A DNA stretch of 64,000 nucleotides from Candidatus Woesebacteria bacterium (GCA_020060565.1 JAGVAE010000001.1:130671-194670), one strand, 5' to 3'. Counted from the first letter of the stretch, positions 43,455-53,466 are shown. The notes: generated by a model not told the origin, from the letters alone. A program made the numbers and translations.

Positions 43455-45080
43455 TTACTTTTCACTAAAGGAGCTGTCCTGTTTTCCTCTTAATTTTTTA
43501 ATATCTTTAACTGCTACTTGATGAACAGTTCCATCCCTGTCTCGAAAAAAGAAGTAGTATTCATCTGCACCGACCCAGCAAGTCTTAGTATCTTTAATTG
43601 GGTATGCCATAAACATTCCGTGATCGCCAAACTTATCGAATTTGTAAGTTTTTATTATATTACCAATGTAATCGTTAAGTCTGTTTTTGTCCTCTGATAA
43701 AGACACATTGGTTCCTTGTTTGAAAGCGATGTCTGTTATTTCACATTTTTGTTTGGCAGCATACATGACGTAAGGATAACTGAATTTTCCGTTTTCATAA
43801 ATCAAGGTATTATTATTTTTCGCATATATTTCTATCCCATTTTGGTTTTCGATTAAAGAATAAAAATTAAGATCCATTCCTAATTCTTTAAAATCTTTTA
43901 TAGCCTGCATTTTTAGGGACAAAGGTTCGGGAGTTTCCTTCTGAGTTAAAAAAGAGACCTGATTTGATTTCAACAACAATTTTGCATTTACCTTTTGACC
44001 CACATTGGTTTCTATTGGAACACTAACCGTACTACCCGTTTGTGGATCTCTAAATATAAGGTTATTCTCTTCTATGTTATAACTAAAAATTCCTGGTAAT
44101 AAAATACCTTCTTCAACGCTAAATCCATAAATAATTTGACCACTTGACTCAGTGTGAATTATTGGTAGAAAAACAAAATCTCCCTCGTCAGATAATGAAT
44201 GATAATAACCTTTTGAATCTATTTTATAAACAACTTGATTGTATTTTCCTTGACTAATAAAAGCAAAAGGGCGCTCTTCTCCATTTTCGTCTATAAGCAA
44301 AAAAGCTGTTATATCTGTAATGGTAATTTCTTGTTCTCTGGCTGCATTTTGAATATCGAGCCATAATGGATCGTTTGCTGATAATTCAGTAACAGTAGTT
44401 ATGGTTTGATTATCTATCTTTTCAAAAGCTTCTTTTATAGGATAAAATTTTCCATCTGGAAATCTAGTTGGTTCAGCGGCTTGTGTTTTTTGTGCTTCCA
44501 CAACTTGTGCAACATTTGTAGCAACTTCCGGACCTAATGTTGATTGAGCGGTGGGAGCAACTACGGAAGCACATGCGGATGCAGCCATTGCGAGGGCTGC
44601 CAAGCCAGATGCAGTCTTTATTCGTTTTTGTGCACTATCATCATTTAATATTTTTTCTGCTTCACTACGAAGTCTTTTAATTTTTCCATCAATATTACCA
44701 GAATATCTTATGTAGTCAGGAAGATTGTCTGATCTAGAAGCAGCTCTAAGACGAGCTTCAGCTTCGGCTAATGCGGCAAGTTGTTCTGATTTTGAAGCAT
44801 TTTTAAGTTCATTTCCATTGGCTGGAAATGGTAATTCTGAGTTAGTAGAAATATATTTTCCACTCTTTAAACTTCGCATACCAAGCTCGATTCTTTCATC
44901 TTTTTTGTCTGTAACATAAGGAGCAACATCCATGGGAGATAGTGGAATATTTGCACCGGTATTCTCCTGCCAGTTTTTGGGAAGCATCATTCTTGAGGAC
45001 AAAGCTCCTACATACTGATCGTACGATGAAGTTTTCAAAACTCTTACTTCGTTTTCTAAGCCTTCAGACATTCTTTCCAT
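43455..45080 (-). CDS. Hypothetical protein with internal hydrophobic/lipobox-like segment
   Basis: 541-aa ORF; LAALAMAASAC at about residues 160-170. Confidence 0.65.
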   Translation of the reverse strand: MERMSEGLENEVRVLKTSSYDQYVGALSSRMMLPKNWQENTGANIPLSPMDVAPYVTDKKDERIELGMRSLKSGKYISTNSELPFPANGNELKNASKSEQLAALAEAEARLRAASRSDNLPDYIRYSGNIDGKIKRLRSEAEKILNDDSAQKRIKTASGLAALAMAASACASVVAPTAQSTLGPEVATNVAQVVEAQKTQAAEPTRFPDGKFYPIKEAFEKIDNQTITTVTELSANDPLWLDIQNAAREQEITITDITAFLLIDENGEERPFAFISQGKYNQVVYKIDSKGYYHSLSDEGDFVFLPIIHTESSGQIIYGFSVEEGILLPGIFSYNIEENNLIFRDPQTGSTVSVPIETNVGQKVNAKLLLKSNQVSFLTQKETPEPLSLKMQAIKDFKELGMDLNFYSLIENQNGIEIYAKNNNTLIYENGKFSYPYVMYAAKQKCEITDIAFKQGTNVSLSEDKNRLNDYIGNIIKTYKFDKFGDHGMFMAYPIKDTKTCWVGADEYYFFFRDRDGTVHQVAVKDIKKLRGKQDSSFSEK

Positions 45081-45163
45081 TTTAGTAGTTTTCCTACGGT
45101 ATATTCAATGGCAGATTTAAGAAACCTATAACAAGTACTATTATACGCTCAAATTTTCATACT

Positions 45164-45181
45164 GCAAGGATTTGGGGTGGG
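45164..45181 (+). repeat. 18-bp direct repeat flanking hicAB (second copy 45646-45663)
   Basis: gcaaggatttggggtggg in both. Confidence 0.9.
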
Positions 45182-45187
45182 TGGGGA

Positions 45188-45403
45188 TTATTTCTCTATT
45201 TCTTCTCTTGATATTCCAGCCTCTTTAAGAAGTGAGTTCAGAGTTCCTTTTGGAATATCTTTTAGATGCATTGGAATTACAGCTCGTCTGCCTGTAGGAT
45301 GCTTCATTGTTAAATGGCTGCTTACTTGATGATGCTCAATAAATCCCAGTTTTCTGAGTTTCTTAACCACCTCTTTTGGCTTTAAAGAAGGCAATTTAGG
45401 CAT
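45188..45403 (-). CDS. hicA: HicA-family toxin
   Basis: KKLRKLGF, SSH, VIPMH, IPKGTL..LLKEAG. Confidence 0.9.
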   Translation of the reverse strand: MPKLPSLKPKEVVKKLRKLGFIEHHQVSSHLTMKHPTGRRAVIPMHLKDIPKGTLNSLLKEAGISREEIEK

Positions 45404-45623
45404 AATTGAAATCGATTGTGGAAACAAAATCGACGTCAGATGGGACTGGAGAATTGTCTTTTGCTAGACTACCCAAATATGATTCAATAGCTTCCTTTCC
45501 CATTTTTTGTGCTTCTTCAATGGTGTCTCCATAGCTAACACAACCTTTTAAGGCGGGAATGATAACCGTGTACCCCCCCTCAGGCTCTTTTTGAAAAATT
45601 GCTGTGTAATGATGGATCTTCAT
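45396..45623 (-). CDS. hicB: HicB-family antitoxin
   Basis: GGYTVIIPALKGCVSYGDTIEEA. Confidence 0.92.
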   Translation of the reverse strand: MKIHHYTAIFQKEPEGGYTVIIPALKGCVSYGDTIEEAQKMGKEAIESYLGSLAKDNSPVPSDVDFVSTIDFNYA

Positions 45624-45731
45624 GATTTGATTATACCAGATTGTAGCAAGGATTTGGGGTGGGAGTTGGGTCGAAAGTATTGACTAAACAGTACTTGACA
45701 TACATAAAAGTCTAGACTATTATGTATTTGT

Positions 45732-46904
45732 ATGATAATTAGACACCTAGACGAGGCTTTAAGTGGCCACTTTACTAAATATAACGAGGTTTTGGTTTTG
45801 TTGGGAGCAAGGCAGGTAGGTAAAACCACTATTCTTAAGAGAATATTCCCCAATGCACATTATCTAGTTGTAGATAATGAACCTATCAAAAATGCTCTTG
45901 AGCGCTATGATCCAGCAGTTTATAGACAGCTGTTAAGTACGGATGGTGGAATGGTTGTGTTGGATGAGATTCATAAACTAAGTGATCCTGGACGTGCCGC
46001 TAAGATATTTTTTGATCAAATGCCTAATTATAAACTTGTTATAACAGGTTCATCAGCTTTTAATATTAAAAATAAATCATCAGAAAGCCTTGCAGGAAGA
46101 AAAATGGATTATCATCTATATCCATTGAGCTTAAGTGAACATTTGGTACAAAAAGGTCTTGAAAATACATTATCATTTCGACCGATGGAAGCTTTGGTAA
46201 ATGGGGAAAAAGCAGGAGAAATATTTAAACAATATGATCGCAGTGCAATTCTAAACAATGTTTTAATATATGGGTTATATCCTGCGATGCAATCTCATCC
46301 CAGCGACTCTTATTACTTAATAAATTTAATTGACAGTGTTGTTTTTAAAGATTTGGTTGAGTTGTCACTTTTGGAAAATAAATCTGCAGCACTCTCGCTT
46401 CTCAAACTTCTGGCATACCAAATTGGTTCATTGGTAAATTATGCGGAATTGGCATCAAAATTAGGTATCGGTGCAAGAACAGTCAAAAGATATATCGAAC
46501 TGTTTGAACAAAGCTTTATTATTTTTACAATTAAACCATATTCAACCAGAAAGAGAGATGAGATTGCAAAAATGCCTAAAGTGTACTTTTATGATTTGGG
46601 ACTTAGAAATGCCTTGATAAATAATTTTGAAGCGGTAGAAACAAGAGGTGATGCAGGGCAAATGTTTGAAAACTTTATAGTTAGTGAGCTTTTAAAATAT
46701 AATTATTATGGAGATTTTGGATATAGTTTTAATTATTGGAGAACAAAAAGTGGCTCTGAAGTTGATTTAGTTTTGGATAAACCCGATCAAGATCTAATTG
46801 CAGTTGAAATAAAGAGTAAATCGCAAAGAACTAACCAGGCGTTTACTGCACGTTACCCAAAGTCAAAGGCGGTTATTATTTCTAAAGACAATTATTGGGT
46901 TTGA
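45732..46904 (+). CDS. AAA+ ATPase (AAA_14 plus DUF4143-type, PD-(D/E)xK C-terminus)
   Basis: GARQVGKTT, LDEIH, TGSS, KVYFYDLGL, EVDLV...EIK. Confidence 0.88.
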   Translation: MIIRHLDEALSGHFTKYNEVLVLLGARQVGKTTILKRIFPNAHYLVVDNEPIKNALERYDPAVYRQLLSTDGGMVVLDEIHKLSDPGRAAKIFFDQMPNYKLVITGSSAFNIKNKSSESLAGRKMDYHLYPLSLSEHLVQKGLENTLSFRPMEALVNGEKAGEIFKQYDRSAILNNVLIYGLYPAMQSHPSDSYYLINLIDSVVFKDLVELSLLENKSAALSLLKLLAYQIGSLVNYAELASKLGIGARTVKRYIELFEQSFIIFTIKPYSTRKRDEIAKMPKVYFYDLGLRNALINNFEAVETRGDAGQMFENFIVSELLKYNYYGDFGYSFNYWRTKSGSEVDLVLDKPDQDLIAVEIKSKSQRTNQAFTARYPKSKAVIISKDNYWV

Positions 46905-46940
46905 TTTTGCATGTTACTATCAAAATTGCTACACTGATTA

Positions 46941-47774
46941 TTGATGAAACTGCGTTATAAAAACTCCCAAGGTCAGGCTCTTGTATTGGTTCTTTTAGCT
47001 TTGGCAGTTGTTCTTACAATAGTTCTTTTTGTTCTTTCTCGTAGCATTACAGACATTGCGGTTTCTTCTTCTGAGAGTTCTGCTGTTTCTGCTTTCTCTG
47101 CGGCTGAAGCGGGAGTGGAACAAGCACTTGTAATAGGATCTGGAGGAAGTGCTACTGTTGGATCTGGTAGCTATACTTCTCAAGTAAGTAGTGTTGGATT
47201 GGGCTCTTCCAGTTTTGTATACCCAATTGATATTAATTCAGGAGATAGTATGACTTTATGGTTAAATGCACAGGATGCAAATAGCTCAGATTTTGATGGA
47301 TCTACTTTAAAAATTTGTTGGGGAAAATCGGGTGAGTATGCAAATTCCGCTTTAGTTCCAGCTATTGAAGCTGTGGTTTTTTATGAAACAGTTGCAGATG
47401 TCCCCGCTTCTGCAAAGATTGCCAGAGCGGCTTTTGACCCTAATGAAAGTAGACGTGTAAGTAATTCTTTTAGTGCGGCAGGAGGAAGCTGTGGTGTTGG
47501 TGGACAATCATTTGGCTTTCAAGCAACACTTGATTTAAGTGAAATTCCTAATCCCCAATTTGTACTAGTCAGAATGTTTTACAATACAGATTCAGGGCAA
47601 CCCCTTGCTTTTGATAGCACAGATGGTGCACTTTTCCCATCTCAAGGAATTTTAGTTGATTCTTCAGGCGTATCGGGACAATCAAGCCGTAAAGTGCAGG
47701 TTTTTCAGGGTTGGCCTGAAATTCCAGCTCCATTCCAGTTTGCAATTTACAGCTCGACTGGACTGACAAAATGA
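46941..47774 (+). CDS. PilX-like minor pilin
   Basis: G|QALVLVLL (no Glu5), AFSAAEAGVE. Confidence 0.82.
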   Translation: MMKLRYKNSQGQALVLVLLALAVVLTIVLFVLSRSITDIAVSSSESSAVSAFSAAEAGVEQALVIGSGGSATVGSGSYTSQVSSVGLGSSSFVYPIDINSGDSMTLWLNAQDANSSDFDGSTLKICWGKSGEYANSALVPAIEAVVFYETVADVPASAKIARAAFDPNESRRVSNSFSAAGGSCGVGGQSFGFQATLDLSEIPNPQFVLVRMFYNTDSGQPLAFDSTDGALFPSQGILVDSSGVSGQSSRKVQVFQGWPEIPAPFQFAIYSSTGLTK

Positions 47775-47800
47775 TCTAATATTAACTGATAACTGCTCAC

Positions 47801-48814
47801 ATGGTAGGACTTGATATTGGTACTAAAACTATAAAGATTGTAGAACTTGACCGCGATGGATCTTCATTTTCCCTATCTGCTTCAGGAATTGTCGGTTTTT
47901 CGGGTAATAGTGTTGAAAAAATAATTGACGACAAAGAGATGGCCTCGATCGCTCAGATAATTAAAAAACTTCATGCAGAAACAGGAGCATCAAGTCGCGA
48001 TGTAGTTTTTTCCATTCCAGAACAAGCGGCATTTACAAGAACCATTACCTTTCCCCTTTTAACTGATGCAGAGATCGCCTCTGCTGTTAAGTGGGAGATT
48101 GAACAATATATTCCCATTCCTGCCGCCGAAGCTATTAGTCAGCACATAATTCTTGAGAGAAATGAAAAATCATCTCCCCCATCCGTTTTGGTTCTTTTGG
48201 TAGCGGCTCCTAGAGTACTTGTTGAAAAATATACAAAATTAGTACAACTAAGTGGACTTAATCCTATTGCAGTAGAAACAGAGCTTATAGCAATTACACG
48301 GTGCTTGGCCCCAGTCGATAAAACATCACTTCTTATTGATTTGGGAGCCAACTCAACTGATATAGCAATTGCAAAGAATAGTCTCCTTTGTTTTAGCCGT
48401 TCAATTCCTTTGGGGGGAGAGGCTTTTACTCGTGCAGTCTCCCAAGGATTAGGGGTAAATGTTACCCAGGCTGAGGAATATAAAAAAACATACGGTCTTA
48501 CTTCCTCCCAACTTGAAGGAAAAGTTAAAGGGGCATTAGACCCCGTTCTTCGTTTGGTGGTTGATGAGGTTAAAAAAGCTATTAGTTTCTATCAATCAGA
48601 ACAAAAAGGAGAAGTTCCAACTGCTATTGAAATTTCAGGAGGCACTAGTGGTATGCCCCAAATAATAACTTCCCTTACGGAACTTCTTGGAATTGAGGTT
48701 TCTGTTGCTAATCCATTTGCAAGAGTTAAGATGGATCCAGAAACTGCTAAAAAGCTTGCCCCATATGCTCCGCTTTATGCAATAGCAACGGGACTTGCAA
48801 TGCGGGAACAATAA
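47801..48814 (+). CDS. pilM: Type IV pilus alignment protein PilM
   Basis: GLDIG, IDLGA, SGG, ANPF, GLAMR. Confidence 0.93.
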   Translation: MVGLDIGTKTIKIVELDRDGSSFSLSASGIVGFSGNSVEKIIDDKEMASIAQIIKKLHAETGASSRDVVFSIPEQAAFTRTITFPLLTDAEIASAVKWEIEQYIPIPAAEAISQHIILERNEKSSPPSVLVLLVAAPRVLVEKYTKLVQLSGLNPIAVETELIAITRCLAPVDKTSLLIDLGANSTDIAIAKNSLLCFSRSIPLGGEAFTRAVSQGLGVNVTQAEEYKKTYGLTSSQLEGKVKGALDPVLRLVVDEVKKAISFYQSEQKGEVPTAIEISGGTSGMPQIITSLTELLGIEVSVANPFARVKMDPETAKKLAPYAPLYAIATGLAMREQ

Positions 48815-48815
48815 T

Positions 48816-49349
48816 ATGGCAGTCAAACTAAATTTACTTCCAGAAAATTACACTCTATCAGGCCCCATGGGGCAGATTGTAAAAGTTGTTCGCCCTTTAA
48901 ACGTCATACTTTTGGCATTTTTTTTAATTACAGGGTTCGGTATGGGAATATATTTTATTTTCAGCTCAATTTCACTTAAAGGTCTGAAAGCTGAAAATGA
49001 AACTTTAAAAAGTCAAATTCAGGAAAGATCAAAAGCCCAACAACAAATAGTTCTTTTGAAAGATAGACTTAACCAAATCAAACTTGCCCAAGCCGTTCCT
49101 GGAGCTTCCAAAAATTTAGCTAATATTAAACCAGTTTTATCATTGATTACTGGAAATTCACTTCTTTCAGAACTTGAGGTGGATTCTCAAAAAACCAATG
49201 CGTCTGTTATTTTTAAATCTAATGCTGATCTAACCAATTTCTTAAAAACCATAAGTTCAACTAAGACGTATAAAACAGTTTCTTTAGGAACGTTTAATTT
49301 TAGCCCTGCCGCAGGTTATCAAGTTAGTCTAAGTTTTAGTGAAAAATAA
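48816..49349 (+). CDS. pilN: PilN-like protein
   Basis: LNLLP N-terminal motif, TM, coiled coil, follows pilM. Confidence 0.8.
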   Translation: MAVKLNLLPENYTLSGPMGQIVKVVRPLNVILLAFFLITGFGMGIYFIFSSISLKGLKAENETLKSQIQERSKAQQQIVLLKDRLNQIKLAQAVPGASKNLANIKPVLSLITGNSLLSELEVDSQKTNASVIFKSNADLTNFLKTISSTKTYKTVSLGTFNFSPAAGYQVSLSFSEK

Positions 49350-49350
49350 T

Positions 49351-50025
49351 ATGATAAAAATTCCAGACAATGTTGCAACAACCCTAAAAGCGGTTTTTCC
49401 CTTTTTTGTTGTAATTATCCTTTTTGTGATAGTTGGCAAGTTTGGTTTTGGAAAGATTGTGGAAATTAGAGACCAAATAAAAAAAACACAAAATGATCAA
49501 CAGGTTTTAACCCAGAAGTTGGATGTTTTAAGAAATATTGAGGCCACTGGGGAAAAATCATCAAACATTGCAGTTAACGCCTTACCAGATACCAACCCTT
49601 CTCTCTCTGTTATTTCTCAGATAAAAATTCTTTCAGGGAAAATTGGGCTCACTGTAAGTGAAATTAAAGCAGGTTCTCCTGGAGTAAATTCTTCTGGACT
49701 GTCTCAGGTTAATGTTTCATTTAAAGTAATAGGGCCAAGAGAACAGGTAGAATCATTTGTAACAGAAATAAGTAAAATTGCTCCCATTACAATTGTAGAT
49801 AAAATAAAAATCTCAGAATCCACGCCAGGAACTTCTATGGGAAACATATCAGTCAAATCTTTCTGGGCTCCTTTTCCAACAAAGATACCAGCTGTTGATA
49901 AAGCAATATCAGATCTAACTTCACAGGAACAACAAACACTTCAGAGTTTAAGTGAATTAACTCAGCCAATATTTACAGATATTCCAGCTGGAGAGGGAGG
50001 AAGAAACGATCCATTCTCTCTTTAG
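49351..50025 (+). CDS. pilO: PilO-like protein
   Basis: TM plus coiled coil, ALP, ends GRNDPF; follows pilN. Confidence 0.75.
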   Translation: MIKIPDNVATTLKAVFPFFVVIILFVIVGKFGFGKIVEIRDQIKKTQNDQQVLTQKLDVLRNIEATGEKSSNIAVNALPDTNPSLSVISQIKILSGKIGLTVSEIKAGSPGVNSSGLSQVNVSFKVIGPREQVESFVTEISKIAPITIVDKIKISESTPGTSMGNISVKSFWAPFPTKIPAVDKAISDLTSQEQQTLQSLSELTQPIFTDIPAGEGGRNDPFSL

Positions 50026-50444
50026 CTATCTTTATATTTACTTAATATTATTAGCTTAGCCAGGGACATGCACGACCCCAACATCTTTACTTTCTTTAAT
50101 TTACTCATTTGTATCCATCTATTCTGAATTTTTGATTCATTTTTATCTGGGTTTAAACCAGAAGTATTCTTGATTTTTATATTTTTAGCTATATAAATAG
50201 TAAAATTTTCTCTTCCTTTTGATACGTTATCATAATATTTCCCAACCTCTTGCAGGTTTGCTGTCAATCCCGTCTCTTCTAAAAGTTCCCGTTTAGCGGC
50301 TGATAATGAACTTTCTTTGTCATTTATGAATCCTGCAGGAAAACCAGTGCAATACTTTCTAACACCAGGCTTATATTGCCGTTGGATAAGTACTTTATCT
50401 TCTTTTATGGGTACGATTACAACATAATTATCATATCTTTTCAT
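50022..50444 (-). CDS. NUDIX hydrolase (ADP-ribose pyrophosphatase-like)
   Basis: RQYKP, FPAGFI...AAKRELLEETG. Confidence 0.9.
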   Translation of the reverse strand: MKRYDNYVVIVPIKEDKVLIQRQYKPGVRKYCTGFPAGFINDKESSLSAAKRELLEETGLTANLQEVGKYYDNVSKGRENFTIYIAKNIKIKNTSGLNPDKNESKIQNRWIQMSKLKKVKMLGSCMSLAKLIILSKYKDS

Positions 50445-50971
50445 ATATACCCTTTCTTTATCCAAAACAAAAATGTTTTAGTGTATTTATTTGGATTGCT
50501 ATTAACATCCTTTTTAACATTTTCAATATCTACCCACTCAGTCAAATCAATTTTGTGACGATTTATTTTGAATTTTATCATCTTATCCAAGTCTATTTTA
50601 TACAAAGTAACAAACTCATTATTTCTCAGTTCTGGAGCATATTTATAAGTTTTTTTGATTTTATACGGACCAGCAACTTTTTGGGGTTTTGGCAAGAGAC
50701 TTAAATCTAATCCCAACTCATCTAACAGACCTCTTTTTAGAGTTTTCTGTTCATCCTCGTCATCACTTTCAATCATCTGAGTTGCTAGAGATTGGTCGTA
50801 TAAGTTCCATGCTATATCACACTCGACAGATCTTTTTTGCATGAGTAATTTTCCGCGATAATAAATATTTAATTGAATACCTTTATGCCAAAAACCTTTT
50901 GTATGCACATTCTGACGTGTTTGTAACCCAATTTTGTTTCCTGATTTGTCGCATATAAGAAGCTTATTCAT
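50441..50971 (-). CDS. NUDIX-fold protein (IPP isomerase-like)
   Basis: HTKGFWH, LMQKRS, KRGLLDELG. Confidence 0.75.
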   Translation of the reverse strand: MNKLLICDKSGNKIGLQTRQNVHTKGFWHKGIQLNIYYRGKLLMQKRSVECDIAWNLYDQSLATQMIESDDEDEQKTLKRGLLDELGLDLSLLPKPQKVAGPYKIKKTYKYAPELRNNEFVTLYKIDLDKMIKFKINRHKIDLTEWVDIENVKKDVNSNPNKYTKTFLFWIKKGYI

Positions 50972-51680
50972 TGCTTTTAGGGTGTAAAAGATCATCGAGT
51001 GCTCGTCCGGTTTCCTTCAATCTGTCTGGTGTTCCATAATCCATTATTGGTCCGTCTAAGAAAAAGGCATTTAGTATTGATTTTTGACCGTTTACTACTC
51101 TGCTTAGATTTTCTTTTTCGACTCTTCGCATTACAGTGTAATATAGATCTTCTTTCTCAGCATCGTATACAAATGGCTTTAATACTTCAAAATCGATAAC
51201 CATTGTGGGGGACCTAATAATTGAATCGTTAGACCTCCCTATTATATTATTGTTGACAACATCACATCCTGCATAATCAGACATTAATGGAGATTTATAT
51301 TTTGTCACGGCCCAACTAATAGTGCCTTGCTGGTGTTGTTCGATCATTCTTCTTAATTGTTCGAAAGGAAAAATACAGTCGCTAGCAATTATTAAGATTC
51401 TATTTCCTGTTTGCAATACCGCCTGAGTGATCCCGCCTGGTTTTTGCCAGAGCATTCTATGGTTTGTACCTTTGATAATTTCCTCATATTGATAAAAATG
51501 ATTGTTGGAGCCGAATGTTGCATCTGCTTTAATCAAATCTAACTGATTTAAGATGACGTCGATTCCCCTTATGCCATATCTGACAGGGAGAGCACACTTG
51601 GGAATAGATTGTCCAGTTATAGACTTCATTCTTTCACCTTGCCCTCCTGCCAAAACTAAGAATTCTACTTCTTTTATCAT
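50964..51680 (-). CDS. Nucleotidyltransferase (NTP_transferase family)
   Basis: VLAGGQGERM, PKCALP, DYGTP. Confidence 0.8.
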   Translation of the reverse strand: MIKEVEFLVLAGGQGERMKSITGQSIPKCALPVRYGIRGIDVILNQLDLIKADATFGSNNHFYQYEEIIKGTNHRMLWQKPGGITQAVLQTGNRILIIASDCIFPFEQLRRMIEQHQQGTISWAVTKYKSPLMSDYAGCDVVNNNIIGRSNDSIIRSPTMVIDFEVLKPFVYDAEKEDLYYTVMRRVEKENLSRVVNGQKSILNAFFLDGPIMDYGTPDRLKETGRALDDLLHPKSNE

Positions 51681-51718
51681 AACCCATAATATATCATGGG
51701 GTGTTATGTTATGCAATT

Positions 51719-51946
51719 TTATTCTCCAATATTGAGGGCTACTGCACGCTTCTCGAGGGTTGCACGAACTTTGAGGATATTTCGGAGGGATTTAATCATG
51801 CGTCCACCCTTGCCAATTATTAGACCAACATTTTTGGGATCGGTTTTGATTGTATAGATGATACGACCCGCATCCTCTGTTTCTTCTATATCAAATTCTT
51901 CTTCTGCTAATATTCCTTTAAGTAAATAATCCAGTAGGTCTTTCAT
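51719..51946 (-). CDS. khpA: KH-domain RNA-binding protein KhpA
   Basis: GLIIGKGGRMIKSLR; follows rpsP. Confidence 0.9.
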   Translation of the reverse strand: MKDLLDYLLKGILAEEEFDIEETEDAGRIIYTIKTDPKNVGLIIGKGGRMIKSLRNILKVRATLEKRAVALNIGE

Positions 51947-51949
51947 GAT

Positions 51950-52168
51950 TTATTTGATTAATTTTTTGACTGTGGCAGAAACTTGGGCTCCTTTTTTAAC
52001 CCAGACATCTACTTTTTCCTTGTCAATTTTTAAGTCTTTCTTTAGAGGATTCCAGTATCCCAAAACTTCCAAATTTTTTCCTGCAGTCTTTTTGGTCGAA
52101 TCCACGGCAACAATTCTATAGAAAGCTCCCTTTTTTCTGCCGAATCTTGCAAGTCGTATAGCTACCAT
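51950..52168 (-). CDS. rpsP: 30S ribosomal protein S16
   Basis: MVAIRLARFG...FYRIV...LGYWNP...GAQ. Confidence 0.97.
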   Translation of the reverse strand: MVAIRLARFGRKKGAFYRIVAVDSTKKTAGKNLEVLGYWNPLKKDLKIDKEKVDVWVKKGAQVSATVKKLIK

Positions 52169-52176
52169 ATGAAGGC

Positions 52177-52848
52177 CTATTGTACCTTTTTCGTTAAAGC
52201 CTGTCCAGCCGCAGCTTGTTCTGCGGTTCCTTTACTTCTTCCTTCCCCTACCCCCCAGGATTCATTATTAACTAAAACCTCAACAACAAACTTTTTACTG
52301 TGGTCAGGCCCTGATTCTTCAACTACTTTATATTTAGGAGTGGCAAGACCTTGTGACTGAACATACTCCTGAAGACGGGATTTGGGGTCTTTCAAGGGTT
52401 CTGAAACAATTTTTGCAACATCACTCATTAAATTTTCTTTTATAAATTCCTCAGCATCCAATATTCCCCTATCCATAAAAATGGCTCCTATTATTGCCTC
52501 AACTGTATCTGCAAGAAGTGAAGGGTTGGTTCTTCCCCCCGATTCCTCCTCACCCTTTGAAAGATATAAAACACTTCCAATATCAAGTTTTTTTGCAAAA
52601 TTAGCTAGTGCTGTAGTATTTACCAGGTTTGCCCGAAGAGCTGTTAAGTATCCTTCTTCTTTATCAGAAAAATCATTAAAGATCTCTCTTGAAACTACAA
52701 ATTCCAAGATAGCATCCCCCAGAAACTCAAGTCTTTCATTACTGGTTCTTTCTCCTTTATGTTCATTGACCCAAGAACGGTGAGTAAGGGCATGGTCAAA
52801 AAGATTTTTATTGTTAAAACCGTCCTTGATTTTTTTAATATCTGTCAT
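52177..52848 (-). CDS. rnc: Ribonuclease III
   Basis: NERLEFLGDAIL signature, dsRBD. Confidence 0.97.
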   Translation of the reverse strand: MTDIKKIKDGFNNKNLFDHALTHRSWVNEHKGERTSNERLEFLGDAILEFVVSREIFNDFSDKEEGYLTALRANLVNTTALANFAKKLDIGSVLYLSKGEEESGGRTNPSLLADTVEAIIGAIFMDRGILDAEEFIKENLMSDVAKIVSEPLKDPKSRLQEYVQSQGLATPKYKVVEESGPDHSKKFVVEVLVNNESWGVGEGRSKGTAEQAAAGQALTKKVQ

Positions 52849-53087
52849 TCGTGTGCGGTAAGGGCTTCAACCAGTTCTAAAAATGTGTCAATTTCTGTGA
52901 AATCTAGCTGGGATATATCATATCCACCTTTGTCTAAAATTTCCATAAAATCAGTTATGGCTGTAGCATCCATATGTAAGTCTGTTGAAAATTCTGTTTC
53001 ATCTTCAATATCCTCCATATCCACTCCAAGAAAGTCTGCCAACTCCCTTTTGACTCTTTGTTTTGTATTTGCAAACTCAGTATCCAT
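52845..53087 (-). CDS. Acyl-carrier-protein-like protein lacking the phosphopantetheine Ser
   Basis: Small acidic, upstream of rnc; DLHMDATA aligns with DLGADSLD. Confidence 0.7.
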   Translation of the reverse strand: MDTEFANTKQRVKRELADFLGVDMEDIEDETEFSTDLHMDATAITDFMEILDKGGYDISQLDFTEIDTFLELVEALTAHE

Positions 53088-53088
53088 A

Positions 53089-53466
53089 TTATTTTTTGTC
53101 TGTCCCGTCTTTATCGGTAACGTCCTTATATATTGTACCCAAGACACCATTAATAAATGAAGAAGAGGATTCTGCCCCATACTCTTTTGCAAGCTCTACC
53201 GCCTCATCAATAATGACTTTGGGTGGAGTATTCCCATTCTTAAGCTCATATACCGAAAGTCTTAGAATTGCTAAATCAATTTTATTAAGGTTTTCAATAG
53301 GCCATGCAGGGGCTGCTTTCTTAATCAGTTTATCAATCTTTTCCTTTTGTTTAAGAATTGACTCAACCAATTCAGGGGAACGTGGCTGTTTGGTAAAAGT
53401 CTCAGCAAAGAGGATTTTCACAGCCTCACGTCTTCTTAAGTGTCTTGGGTCAGTAGCTGTCTTCAT
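53089..53466 (-). CDS. nusB: Transcription antitermination factor NusB
   Basis: [28 protein letters not shown]. Confidence 0.95.
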   Translation of the reverse strand: MKTATDPRHLRRREAVKILFAETFTKQPRSPELVESILKQKEKIDKLIKKAAPAWPIENLNKIDLAILRLSVYELKNGNTPPKVIIDEAVELAKEYGAESSSSFINGVLGTIYKDVTDKDGTDKK

